From assembly GCF_031769215.1 (NCBI RefSeq), contig NW_026782137.1:434001-498000 (forward strand): a stretch of DNA of 64,000 bases. Reading direction: 5' to 3'. This DNA is from Ylistrum balloti (taxonomy: Eukaryota). The position numbers and the translations under genes were made by a program. The notes beneath the pieces were generated by a model, which was not told the origin of the DNA, ran no database searches, and saw only the letters and a program-made list of their open reading frames with translations. Shown here in pieces: positions 1 through 12,000 of the stretch (positions within the stretch are counted from its first letter, which is position 1; each line of letters starts with the position of its first letter).

Positions 1-2480
1 AGGCCAAAGAAAGAAGTCCATCTCTGTAGTGCACCCCAGCACATCCTGAAATTCAGTTTCAAGTGGAGGTATTCTCTGACCTCACAACAACCATCATTCA
101 ATCATACTTACACTATGTTGTTGACATTTTGTATTTATTTATTTTTGTGTCCATTTACAAAAATCAGATCAAAATATAATCAGAATATTATATTTTCAAA
201 AACTGAAGTCTTCAGTACATAATAGTGTCACCAGTAAAACTGTAAAAAGCAGCATGACACAATATCACTATATGCAAAAGTGACTGGTTGGGTGTTCAAT
301 AGTCTTGTGATGCATTTTGAGGTGTTGCAACTATAAAATCTTTGAACTCACAAAATGGTTATACCTATCCTTCACAATGTGAAATTTTATCATTTTAACT
401 AAAAACTTGACCTGTTTTACATAAAAATTACCACCAAAACAAAACTTTACCCTTCTCATGGACTGCCACCTTGGTGCATGTAATTGTACAACATCTTTCT
501 CTAAAAGCTCTTTGGAACTCTCATATGTGTAGGCTTCTTCCTAAAAAGAATTTTTACACTTGGTATATATGTGAATATAATGAAAGTCAGAATGTAAGAA
601 ATATGACTTGGCAAATTTTTAATCCATTAGATTAACTACAATAATTACTTTAATATGCCACTTTAATGCTTCTCCACTTAGAGGCATACCCCTCAAAATG
701 TTCATTGTTTTATTGATCATTTATCTTTGCAACTCCGCAAAAAGATGTGCTGAATTTCAGGTATGGACTATGGACATCATATACACAAGAATCCTTATAA
801 ATGACAACTGTTATAGATAATCCAAACAGAATAAACATTTAAAGCCTTTCCCTTTATTTCCACCTACAACTTGACCAGAATCTATCAGCAACTACTGGAG
901 ATTAGATTGATTTTTTTTTGTTTTGACACTTGACTTTGTCTCATGCTAAAAACAAGAAAACACAGAGTGTGACATTATACACTGCGCCATGCTGTTTAAA
1001 AGACACAGAATCATAATATATATATTTAATATCATAGTTACAGGAATATAACTCTATCCCACCACTGTTACTGATATTTCCATGTAGATCATCTTTTATT
1101 GATGTATGGTTTGGCATCACTAGCATATAAAAATTTTGTGATTTGGCCTGTTGTCATGATAATAAAAAAAGTAAGAAGTCATTAAATGTAGAACTTTCCT
1201 ATATCAAAAGGCATCACTATAGTACTCGTTTAATAATTGTACAAAGTTTCTGAGTAATTGTCTGAAATGATTTCAGAGCACTGGCCCAGAAATTTGTGAT
1301 TCCACCTTCATGTTAGCATGATAACAGAAAAAGTATCTAAATAGAGAACTTCTCCATAGCAAATGGCGCCATTACATCACTAGCATGATACCTGTACAAA
1401 GTTTCGAGTAATTATCTTGAACAGTTTCTGAGCAATGGTCTGGAAAACAACCTTGTACAGCAGATGCAGCCAAATTAAAAATACCCCAAAAACAGGCTTT
1501 GCAGGGATATTAAATTTGGTATGCATCTGCTGTACATTTTTCGATATATAAATGTAGATCTTAATACACTGGTGTAGAACTTTACAACAGTGAACCACTG
1601 CCATACCTTCACTCCTTTGAGAATACTATCTTCATAGTTATTTGTCATAACTGGTACCACTTCAGCTACTTCAAACAAGGCACAGTTCTTTTTCTGTGGA
1701 AGAAGGAAAGAGAGATATTACAAATTAATAACAACAAAGTGAAAGAGTATAACAAAACACAACTTATTTTCCAACTTAACTGCAATACATAATGCAATTA
1801 ACTTAAATCAATGAGAAGCAAAAACAAAACAAATCTTCTAAATAACATATTCTTTACTGTGAGAACTTTATTTTTTCAATTTAATTTTGTTATATAGATA
1901 CATTGCAATTGCTTATACCTGTTAGCAGCTAACTAACTGTGAATATCAATCTAAAACAAATCCTAATACCTAATTAAATACAGTACAGTTGTTTATGTCA
2001 ATTTCTGATAAGACATTTGTAATACTTTGTATGTGAATAAATTTTTCATAGATCAATCCAATCCAAATTAGTGTGTTGTATGTATGACTACACTCAGAGA
2101 TTACTGTGAAGCTTATGTGCTCTTATGCTTATGTGGTGGAGAAAAGCCAGGGCTCTCAAAGAAAAACCTGTGGCCTGTGCCTGCTCCACATATAGGTCCC
2201 TAATCAAGGGAGTTTCCAACCTGATGTATGTGCTATTGGCAAAAATTGGGAGCTTGATATAACAAGACTGGCAATAAATTTTCCAAAGCCAATCATTTTC
2301 TGTCAGTCTGTATGCACATTTTTGGGAAAACTACTGCAAAACTACAATCACCTTTTCCTTGAAGTGAAAGGCAATATACATCTTGAATTCAAAATGATCT
2401 GCCAAAGATTCCCTCTTCTTTCTCAGTTGATGCCGCAAACGGCTAACAGCTAGGTTTTTCCTGTTGTGTGGATCGCCCAT
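1..2480 (-). CDS. C6orf62: C6orf62-like uncharacterized conserved protein, coding exons 1-4 (gene continues past the left edge)
   Basis: Exons 2480-2352 ([43 protein letters not shown]), 1693-1607 ([29 protein letters not shown]), 540-451 ([30 protein letters not shown]) and 45-1 ([15 protein letters not shown]). All introns are GT-AG, phase 0. The spliced peptide follows the human C6orf62 N-terminus as I recall it ([38 protein letters not shown]...[22 protein letters not shown]). Confidence 0.93.
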
Positions 2481-3298
2481 TTTGAAATAAGTGTTGTTAG
2501 ATTTTAAATTGAGTTCTATCTGATTCACTTTTTCTTTGATAATGATCATGAACATACACCGATCCAGTACAAGAGTTTTTTATGCCATTTGGTCACTTTC
2601 TAAATACGTTTTAACATTAACATCTGGTTCAAAATAGGCTCTCTTAATTATTGAGTATTAATTTACATGAAATTATCGACCACATCTTTGCATTTGACTA
2701 GCAAGTCATTCTAAACATTACCACCTTACAAATCACCATATTTCAAAATTTTTGGCGATAGTTTGCATTATCATATCACCCAAGAAATTGACATATCTAT
2801 CTGGGTCTCGATGATATTGAATAACTACATTATTTCAAAACTACAATCTTTCCCAAGAAGCCTCCGGGGCTGTATTTGCTATCATACAAGGAAGTATGCG
2901 AATTATTCTCGACAAGTGGCAGCTGTCACATCCATATCGGGCGTTCAAAGTGGCATCGCGATTCGTTATGTGTATACAGAAGACAGAGAAGCAAATAGCT
3001 TTGAGTGTCCATCATGAGTCAATAGGATGATTGGCGAAGCCATTTTGATTCTCCTTTTGCACAGCACTGCAGTGAAAGCACCAAATACAGGCAGCAGCTT
3101 TCAGATGCATCTGTTGCACAGACTCCAAAATGGCGATATGATTTTCAGTCACATTTCTTACCTCAAACACGCAAGAGTTCCAATAAAAAAATAATGCGAG
3201 TCTGGGATTATTTCATTGAAGACTTTCAACGACCAAAATTTGTGAACGATTTTGAACATAATAGTACTACCACGGACTTATATACACCATATATATAT

Positions 3299-3754
3299 AT
3301 TCCATATGAAAATCCTCAAGATGAAAGATTGGACTGGCTGAAAAATGACTTCTTGGGCTACCTGAACCAGTGGAAAAACAATGTGAATGGAAGACCAAAT
3401 CTGACCACTTCGGAGAAAGCTAGCATGTTACTGAGTCATCAGACTGTTACTGGCCTTGAAACATCAGTTAGATCAATCACAGAATGTGTAAAATATATCC
3501 TGAACCTCGGAGCAAGTTTTGTGTTGACTCATGCTTTTAATCAAGATCCTCTTGAGGAACATTTTAGTCACCACAGGCACAAAGGAGGAGCCAACAATAA
3601 CCCCTCTGTTTATGAAGTGAGAAATGCACTTACACAAATCCGTGCAATAAATGCTCAGGCACTGGTTCCCAAAAGAGGAAATACATTAACTGTTGACAAT
3701 AACATGCAAATTGACAATACCAGATTGCCACGCAGAAATGTTATGAGACTGTAA
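3299..3754 (+). pseudogene. P-element/THAP9-like transposase, C-terminal fragment of the catalytic domain (5' part deleted)
   Basis: Open frame PYENPQDERLDWLKNDFLGYLNQW...MLLSHQTVTGLETSVRSITECVKYIL...FVLTHAFNQDPLEEHFSHHRHKGGANNNPS. The VLT-x-x-FNQDPLE-x-x-F-x-x-x-R-x-x-GG-x-x-x-NP motif is characteristic of P transposases. Homology starts about 12 bp after the left TIR, behind a (TA)n run; the THAP domain and the rest of the core are absent. Confidence 0.85.
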
Positions 3755-3936
3755 TGGTTGTCTTGTTGTTGAATGTACATCATGTAAAATGTAGATTTGT
3801 ACAGCTTGCTTATTACTTTAGCACCAGAATGTCAATTTTACTTTTTGTAGATTTTGTTAAAAGATTGAATTTGTAACTGCTTTGAAGCAGTTCTTTTCTT
3901 TAAAGTGTGCTGTCAGAAGTTTCTTTAAAAGTACAT

Positions 3937-4327
3937 TGTATAATATTCAAGGATGTATGAAAGTGTGTATAATATGTAAGGATGTATGAAAGTGTGTATA
4001 ATATGTAAGGATGTATGAAAGTGTGTATAATATGTAAGAATGTATGAAAGTGTGTATAATATGTAAGGATGTATGAAAGTGTGTATAATATGTAAGGATG
4101 TATGAAAGTGTGTATAATATGTAAGGATGTATGAAAGTGTGTATAATATGTAAGGATGTATGAAAGTGTGTATAATATGTAAGGATGTAAGAAATGGTGA
4201 ATAATATCACAGTATGGATGAAAGTGTGTATAATATGTAAGGATGTATGAAAGTGTGTATAATATGTAAGGATGTATGAAAGTGTGTATAATATGTAAGG
4301 ATGTATGAAAGTGTGTATAATATGTAT
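3937..4327. repeat. 29-bp minisatellite, about 13 copies
   Basis: Unit AAGGATGTATGAAAGTGTGTATAATATGT repeated head to tail, with one diverged unit near 4190-4215. No spacers. Confidence 0.95.
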
Positions 4328-4989
4328 ATATATCCAATAAAAACAAAAATTTCATTTATGACATTTTGTGTAATGCTTTAATTAATTACATTTCAATGGT
4401 TTTGAAGTACCAACATAAATTATATATACATTGTATGTGAACACAGACTTTATTGCAGTTTATAATGGTTGCACATGAAACACCATCAAGTCTTAAATAA
4501 ATCAAATCATACAATTATATACAACCTTGCAGGAGTAGTGATGAACTTTTAATAACAAAAAATGCAAACTTTAGTTATTTGAACAAAAATGAAATAAAAA
4601 GTTGATGTGGACTTGTAACAAGATAGTGCCTTATCAATATGAATACTATTTACATTGTTGTCTTAAAGAAATATTTTCAACTCCCATGAACAAAGGCAGG
4701 TCATGCATTTACTTAACTTGGGCTTATTGCTGAGAAACAGTAAATATTGTGTGATCATATATCTAGAAGGCTGAAGTTTCAATGAATGTCAAACTTTTGT
4801 AATTTCTCAGATTAGCAGAAGTGATACTATGCCAGCAACAGTTCTGTTGTTTCTATCAATTTAGTAAATCATGGACTGAAATTCTTAGAATAAATAGTAT
4901 AAACAAATCAGCTGAAGCTATTTCCCCACTAATATAAATGAATGAGTCGACAGTAACTTAGAATGTATCCCACATGAATGAAATTTACA

Positions 4990-7900
4990 TCACTGTTTTA
5001 AATTTCCACGTAGACTTTTTGAAGGTTGGCACTTGAGATTGACTTTTGCCAATTTGTTTTTTTGTATTCTCACCATGGCATTTCCTCTTATGGTAAGAAA
5101 TAGATGGACAACATCTTCTAAAATCTTGGTTGGTGTTTCTGGGCATTCCTCAAGCTCACAACTGAATATCTTTGAACTGTAGTGTTTCACCATAAACTCT
5201 TCCATCAGGCACTCTTTCAATGGCTCCAGGTTGAGTGAACTTGACGTTAGGCAGTTTTCCTCAATAGTGTTTCTCACAACAATTTCTAACTCGCGTATCA
5301 AAAGGAAAAAATCGTCACAGGGAAATCTCAGACCACCTCTGTCCTTCTTCCTCGTCCAAGTTTGAAATTTTGTAACGAAAGTTGTTGGCTGATGAACACA
5401 GTCTACTTGCAATGAATTCACTACAGTTAACCTGTCTTTGAAACTTTCACACTTGGAATACTTTTGATTCAATGATTTCAAAATATAACCAGAAATGTAA
5501 AACAGAATCTGCTGGTCTCCATCAGATATTTGCAGTTGGCGCTCTTTAGAAATGGCAGTCTTGACTGATATTTGGGTGGACAAAATTTTCTCTAATAATG
5601 TCAGTAGAAGTATTTGTACAAAGTTATGAACTGATGATATTTCAAAACCTAAACTGGTGTATAGATTGATGTATTTTGTCCTGAGATCCTTGTTAATGCG
5701 AGCAGTGTGTAATTTTCTTAACAAAGACTCCCTTTGCAGAGCTGAGGAAATTTCAATACCTGATGAAAATAAGTCTGTGAATAAACTGAAGTAAAAATCT
5801 TCTAAACAACAGTTCCCTAGAGTGAAATCACATAACACTGAAAAATTAGGACCCCCAAGAAGTTGTTGCAGCTCGTCAGCCTTCAGTGAATGTACTGCTA
5901 CCCGGAAACTCTCCTTGAAACTGTCTGGTGACAACTCACATGTATCCTGTTTGACTGGAACCTGCACTACTGGATAGTTGCTGGTAGTGTCACTGGGGAT
6001 TTTACTGGCTCTGGCACTCTGGCTTTTATTGTCATTAGCTGAAAAATATATGAGAACATCAGGGGGTGATCTTAGTGTAAACATTGAATTTTTGCAAAAT
6101 CACAATAGTTTCATTTTTAAATTTTTTAAATGATTTTAAATAATGTTCAATTGTCACTTTTGTCAGTGTTTATTTGACAGAGTTATTGCCCCATTGTTAA
6201 CAAAACATCACACTTTGTTTCCATGCAATAAGTTTAACAAATGTTGACAGATTTTCTTCATATTTGATAACAAGGTTTAAGGAATAAAGTGCTTGACTGA
6301 ATTTGATTGCCACTTTTTTCATAGTTGTTTACCACCAATATGCCGGGAATGTACGTGAAATAAATTCCACGAATTTGCTCGTTAATTTGTAAATCAATAG
6401 TAACTCAAATTCATTAAAATTGAACCCCCACAAATATGGATGATTATACAGTAACCATACTAAATGATTTTACATTAAACTATCTTTGTGACAAAACAAG
6501 AACTGAGAGTTCAAAATACAAATATACATTTTGTGGTGTAAGTACCCATACCAACAGAATATATGATTAATCTGCTTTAAACCATTAGAGTGCAAGTAAA
6601 TGTTGAATTAAACTCGAGTTAATTTGTAATTCACTACAAAATAAAATGGCTTGGGATATTACAGTTAAAACAGAACTTTGTAAAAGAATGTGCATAATTA
6701 GTCATTCATAGCAAGCCAAACAAAAGTAAATAAGATTCTGTGATTGTCCATAATGTCATTGAAGTATTTGTTTTGAATTAAGTCACAAAATATTTACTGT
6801 CTTACAGTTAACTTGTTACAGTTGAAATCCAGTCTTACTGTTGAATTATGAATACAGCTTTAATCAATCATCATCATTATTATAAACAAATTCATCATCC
6901 TCCCTTTGATTATATTATCATTCTCATGATAACACCATTATCATCATCATCATGCTATTAATCATCATCTTAACCATCATCATAAAAATCATCTACCTTG
7001 TTATAATCTTGATAGTCAATCAAAATCAGCAAAAGACAATATCCAGACAGCAGAGAAGAATTTGTCATTTTCCTCATGCACATTTTCACACGCAGACAAC
7101 ACTCACACATTTTTCATAGAATGAAGAAAGAAAATGTATTGATGAATAGAGAGTGTGAGATGGAGAAAGAGGTCATCAGATAATAAATAGAGAGAGCAAG
7201 ATGGAGAAAGAGGCCATCAGATAATAAATAGAGAGAGCAAGATGGAGAAAGAGGCCATCAGATAATAAACAGAGAGAGCAAGATGGAGAAAGAGGCCATC
7301 AGATAATAAATTGATAAAAAAAAAAAAAAGAAAATCATCAGTCGACACAAAAAATCAAGTTTGACAAGGTTTTCCCATTTTTCCATTTGTTAATAAAATT
7401 TAATTTAAAGGTGTCATTTCTGCTGTTTGAGACATATAATTGAACAGAAAAGACTTTGTGCAAGGGCATTGATAATTAAAGAACTACAGGTATGCAGACA
7501 TCTTGTCTTTATAATGCAGTTTTTGATCATTGAAATTATGTCATTGTCATCTCATAAACTAGAGCTATTTGTAACTTTCAATTACAAATAGAAAACATTT
7601 TCTGTTAAAAGATGATGATATAAACAATGCACCAGTAAGCAGCTCTTGTATGGGTACTTTCTGGAACCAAGGAAGTTTCATATTTATCATTACCTGGAAT
7701 AGCATTTTATAGATATCCTTTCATATTTTAGAATAATTCATTAATATAACATTAATGTATCATATACTATAGCTGCAGGTGATAATTTAAGAAAATCATG
7801 CACTTTTCCCTTTTGTTAGATGATTACCACATCTCAAAAATGTTTTCTCTTTGACAAAGAATCTGACATTTATCATCAAACTAAATGACAACGGAATATG

Positions 7901-8497
7901 GTTATTACTTCCTGAAGATTTATAATTACATTTTTATCTACACTTAAAAGGTAAAGTTCCACTCAATATAACTGTGTGTTTCTTTTCTTCTTTTTTTTTC
8001 TTTGCTGAGATGAGGTCAGGAAAATAATACCAAGTCTACTGTTAATTTAATGTATTATAATAAAATTATTTATTTTCTTCACTCAATAATGATTATTAAA
8101 TTTAAAGTGCTGCAGGAGAGTTTAAGTAAATATATACTTATCAAATATTTGACCTGAATCAAAGAAAAATAAAAAGAAGTTTGCATCTTCTGAAACAGAA
8201 AATACTACTAATGTATGTAGGCCTACCTTTTAAATCGTTTCTCCCGTGTTTTCTAGAGGTGTGACCACGAAATCCAGCTATAGTCTTTAGCTGTTTACTA
8301 CATACAGGGCAAGTATAAATAGTTCTTGTAGTTGGTGGTAGGTTTTCTTGATCTAATTTTCGTTTTTTCACCACAACACACTCCTCAACATCACTTTCCA
8401 AATCGTTCTCTACATTGTCATAGTCGGTATATTCTTCCAGTAAGAAATCTAAGTCTATATCGCTATCCCAGGAAAGAAAATCAGACTCTTTTGACAT
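4990..8497 (-). CDS. Transposon-borne two-exon gene: acidic N-terminus, KKRK, one C2H2 zinc finger, C-terminal domain resembling the P-transposase C-terminal module (439 aa)
   Basis: Exon 1 is 8497-8227 (90 codons + G, donor G|gtaggc). Exon 2 is 6038-4990 (acceptor ttttcag|CT). The phase-1 junction gives ...RNDLK-A-NDNKSQ..., 1320 nt with no internal stop. Zinc finger CPVC-x12-H-x4-H. C-terminal motifs ILFYISGYILK...C...KKDRGGLRFPCDDFF. Confidence 0.82.
7158..7310. repeat. 41-bp minisatellite, about 3.7 copies, in the intron of the transposon-borne gene
   Basis: Unit AGATGGAGAAAGAGGCCATCAGATAATAAATAGAGAGAGCA starting at 7158, 7199, 7240 and 7281. Confidence 0.93.
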
Positions 8498-8503
8498 TAA
8501 CTC

Positions 8504-8554
8504 TTGAAGCTCCGATAACTTTTTTTTTTTTTTTTTTTTGAAGCTCCGATAACT
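8504..8554 (-). mobile_element. Poly(A)-only insertion flanked by a 15-17 bp target-site duplication
   Basis: TTGAAGCTCCGATAACT (8504-8520), then 17 T, then TTGAAGCTCCGATAACT (8538-8554). Confidence 0.75.
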
Positions 8555-9016
8555 GTAGTCTTCCTTCGATTAAAACGAAATGACTGTTTTAGACTTACCT
8601 CACTCTTCCCTTACGATTGCGTCGGGCTGGCGCCATCAGCACATATTATGGTTTCATTTAACGCATTATTTGGGCTGTGTATCGAGCTGTCAAATCAATG
8701 TCACATCATCGGTCGCTGATGTAAACAAAATGCCGGAAATCGAAAGAAGCGGTCCGCGCAGGCGCGATAGGAAGGATTAAAGGTAAATTGAGAGGCAGAC
8801 AGTCGTTACGCTCCGCTGCGCAAATATAAAAGGTGGACAATACACATGCGGAGCTGAAGACAAGTTGCCTATCCCTGTGTATATAAGTCCGTGGTACTAC
8901 CGTTGACTACAAATGTCATCAAACAAGTAACCACAAATTAAAAGTTTCTATGTTATTTGATAGCATCAACAAAGGGGGATAACTCTCAGTATTTATGGAC
9001 CAAAGCACTGGGAAGG

Positions 9017-12000
9017 ATGGTGGTAAGCGAGTAGCCAGTTATTTCAATGGCCATTTTATTGTTGTTAACCTTTAATTGTGTCAGTCATCATACAAATGAT
9101 CTGTATTGGTTATTCCATTTTGTATTTATAACTAGATAATGTTACAAATTAATGACAGAGATTAGGCTCACCAGTCACTCTTCTTCTATATCAGTTGCTA
9201 TGTACAGAACTACATATATGGGCAACTTCTTCTGACTGAAGACAATGTCTTCTTCGTAGAAGTAGCACTTGGGGCCTTCAATTCTCACGATTAGTCCCAA
9301 GGTGTTGAACTATTTTTGTTTTTTTTTAAAGATAAAAAAGATTTTAATGATAGGTAATCATGGGTGTCAACAGTGTCAGCAGAAATAGAAAACTAAGGGA
9401 GTGAGTTCCATTGTGTGATAGATTTTGAATGGAAGGAGTGTTTATAGCAGTCTGTAGAAGTTTGAAAGTGCCTAAAAACATATGGGTTGTGATGGCTTGA
9501 AGTCGACAGGGAGAAATTTTTCAGGATGAGATGCAACAAGGCCATGTACTATTTTGTAGACCATAATAAGTCTGTTTTGCAAGTGGTGAATGTGAAGTGG
9601 TGCCCAGTGTAGAGATTCAATCATGTTAGTGATGGAGCTTATATCGTGGTAATTGTTACACATGTATCTGGCGGTTCGATGTTGCACTTTTTCTAGCTAG
9701 TTTATCTGTGATGTAGTGTGTGGATCCTAGAATGTTGCTCTCTATTCTGGCATAGGACATACTAGCGTTTAATAAACATGATCTTTAACATGTGGAGAAT
9801 TTACTTTTAATGGAGTTGATGCAGATTCTTCGAGTATTTGTCTATGGATTTTGTCAGAACCAGAGGTTAATGTTTTTTAAGAGCTTGATGACTATATTGA
9901 CAGAAATAGAGATAATTTGGTAAGGACAAGGGCCTTTATCAGGTATAGAGATACAGACTGAGGAAGTCACGGCTTCTTGGAATTAATTGTTTAAGATGTT
10001 GGCTTTGGATATTGGATCCTCCACTAAGAGTTTCTAATTTTTTTTGTACTTCTCTTTTCATTTTCCACTTTTTTTTTTCACTTGAGCATATAGCTTTTCA
10101 TCTGTGTTAACTTTTCTTAGTTGGCCTTTGATCCAGGGAAGGTTTTTGTGTTTGAGGGTTTTTATGGGATGTTCTGTTCTAATGGTTTTGAATATGGTCC
10201 TTAATGTTTCTATGTTTGTGTCATTATTTTTCACTTAAAGGGTATGGTTTATGTCTTTTTTGGTCGTTATTAATTTTGTCCCAGTTAGCTTTCTGAAAGA
10301 GATGTATTTTTCATGGTAGGAATTTATTTCTTGTAAGGGAAACCTGAAAATCTGCCAAGATGATGTCATGCTCTGACGTGTCAAATGGTGGTGTGTATGT
10401 TGTCTGTAATGATTGGGGTATTTGTGAGGATGAGATTTGGTTAGGTGAAGGGTGAAGTCGGGTTTCCCTGGAATTGTACCGTGAAAAGTCGAGTGTATGT
10501 TACTGAGATTGAACCTCCAAGGATCAGGGAGGATGTTGGTGCCAGAGCGGAATCTATGAAGAGATTAGCATAGTTGGCGAAGTGATTCAGAAGGCAATGA
10601 AAGGAGCTAGTTAATATTTTCTCACAGTTGTTGATAGATATTTCTGCTCAAGAGTAGAGGAAAAAGGAAGAGGAATGTACGATTTATCCTTTACATATTT
10701 AGTTTGGACTGGAATAAGCATTATAGTGGGCAGTTTTGAAAGAAACTTTTGTGGAGCGGGAGAACATATCTAGTGGAAGTTTTGCACCTGCATACACCCA
10801 TGTTCTCGATCCGTGTTCTAATTTAGTTTAGTCCATCATTATCAATTCGATGAAACATTCAAAGGCCTCCCTGAAAGTGGCATGCCATACGAATATGAAT
10901 TTTGGATGATACCTTTTACATCAATAACGTTTCATGAAAATGAATCAGAGTTTTTTTTATTTAGTTTGACTTGAAAAATAGGTCAATAGGACAAATGTAA
11001 TCCAAGATGCCAAAAAAGGGACCTAACTCCTCTTAAACATCGATTACAAAAGAATTTGCAAAATGTAAAACTCTGTATCAAGCACTTACAAGTGTTTCAT
11101 CACAAAAATAATTTGAAAAGTAGCTTGCAGTGAAAAGACTAACTGGACAGATAATAAATGCTTCCAATGGTTTATGATACAAGCAGTGTATACACCCTAA
11201 ACTTCATTGATGATATTGAAGTAGAAATTCCTGCAATTTAGTACATTTATGTACTAGCAGAGTATCAGAGGTCCATGACACAGTGAGTCAACATAGTGTT
11301 GGTTAATTAATTGGAATGGTTCTGACTATCAATCTGTGATTGTATTTTGTCTTGCATGGTCATGGATAGATAGACAGAGATGTACATGTATATATCACAA
11401 TGGTAGTGATATAATATTCACAATATTGGTATGTTTAAAACTGATGACTTATCAGTAAATAGGTCACATAATATATATATAATATTTTTTTATTCTGCTA
11501 TAATTATCTATTTTTTTTTGCTAAAACTTTGCATTTTATAATTACTGCCACACTGATTAAACACTTAGTATGGTACATGTATATCTTCAGGGTTACTGAA
11601 TGATATCTTATTCTGAGTTTTTTTTATTTCATGAGAAATTTGGCGTGTCTCTAACTTACCATGGCCGTCAATTTGAGACAACATGATGCTGTTCCCAATG
11701 ACAGTATTTTAACTTGTCGATGTTATATATATACGTCAGGAAACTATGGGAACAAACATTTTTCTAGATAAAATGGCATATTTATTTATCTTACAGAAAA
11801 TTGGTCTCCAGTTCAAAGCTGATTTAGAATTTTTAACAAATTTAAGACCAGATGGAGAAGATTTTAGGTGGTATGTGAAGGTAAGTAGATCAGGCTATGA
11901 TTTTTAATTGTCTATTTATCAAATTGGTGTTTGGACAAATTGATGATACATGTATAAGGTTAAGTGTAAAACTCAATGTGAACATTATGTAAAGTATATT

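Larger units (their letters stand above)
3271..8893. mobile_element. P-superfamily DNA transposon, internally deleted, both termini present (5623 bp)
   Basis: Perfect 17-bp terminal inverted repeat: CACGGACTTATATACAC at 3271-3287 and GTGTATATAAGTCCGTG at 8877-8893. The 7-bp direct repeat GTACTAC flanks both ends (3264-3270, 8894-8900). Contains a P/THAP9-type transposase C-terminal remnant. CA-starting TIRs and 7-8 bp TSDs are typical of the P superfamily. Confidence 0.9.

Noticed and set aside
3194-3298. N-terminal 35 codons of the 186-aa ORF as part of the transposase
   Set aside because: They run through host flank, TSD, TIR and a (TA)n tract, so this is a chance in-frame extension. Transposase homology begins at about 3299.
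3900-4355. 151-aa and 87-aa His/Tyr/Thr-rich ORFs
   Set aside because: These are translations of the 29-bp minisatellite.
3937-7310. 29-bp and 41-bp repeat arrays as CRISPR arrays
   Set aside because: Units are contiguous with no unique spacers, no cas genes are present, and the context is eukaryotic.
8553-8598. 5' UTR intron of the passenger gene (GAG|gtaagt … actacag)
   Set aside because: Only 46 nt, probably too short, and the acceptor overlaps the TSD. The donor may splice elsewhere.
8580-8780. 66-aa ORF or MPEIERSGPRRRDRKD as the CZIB start
   Set aside because: It ends at TAA before the donor and lies inside the transposon's sub-terminal region.
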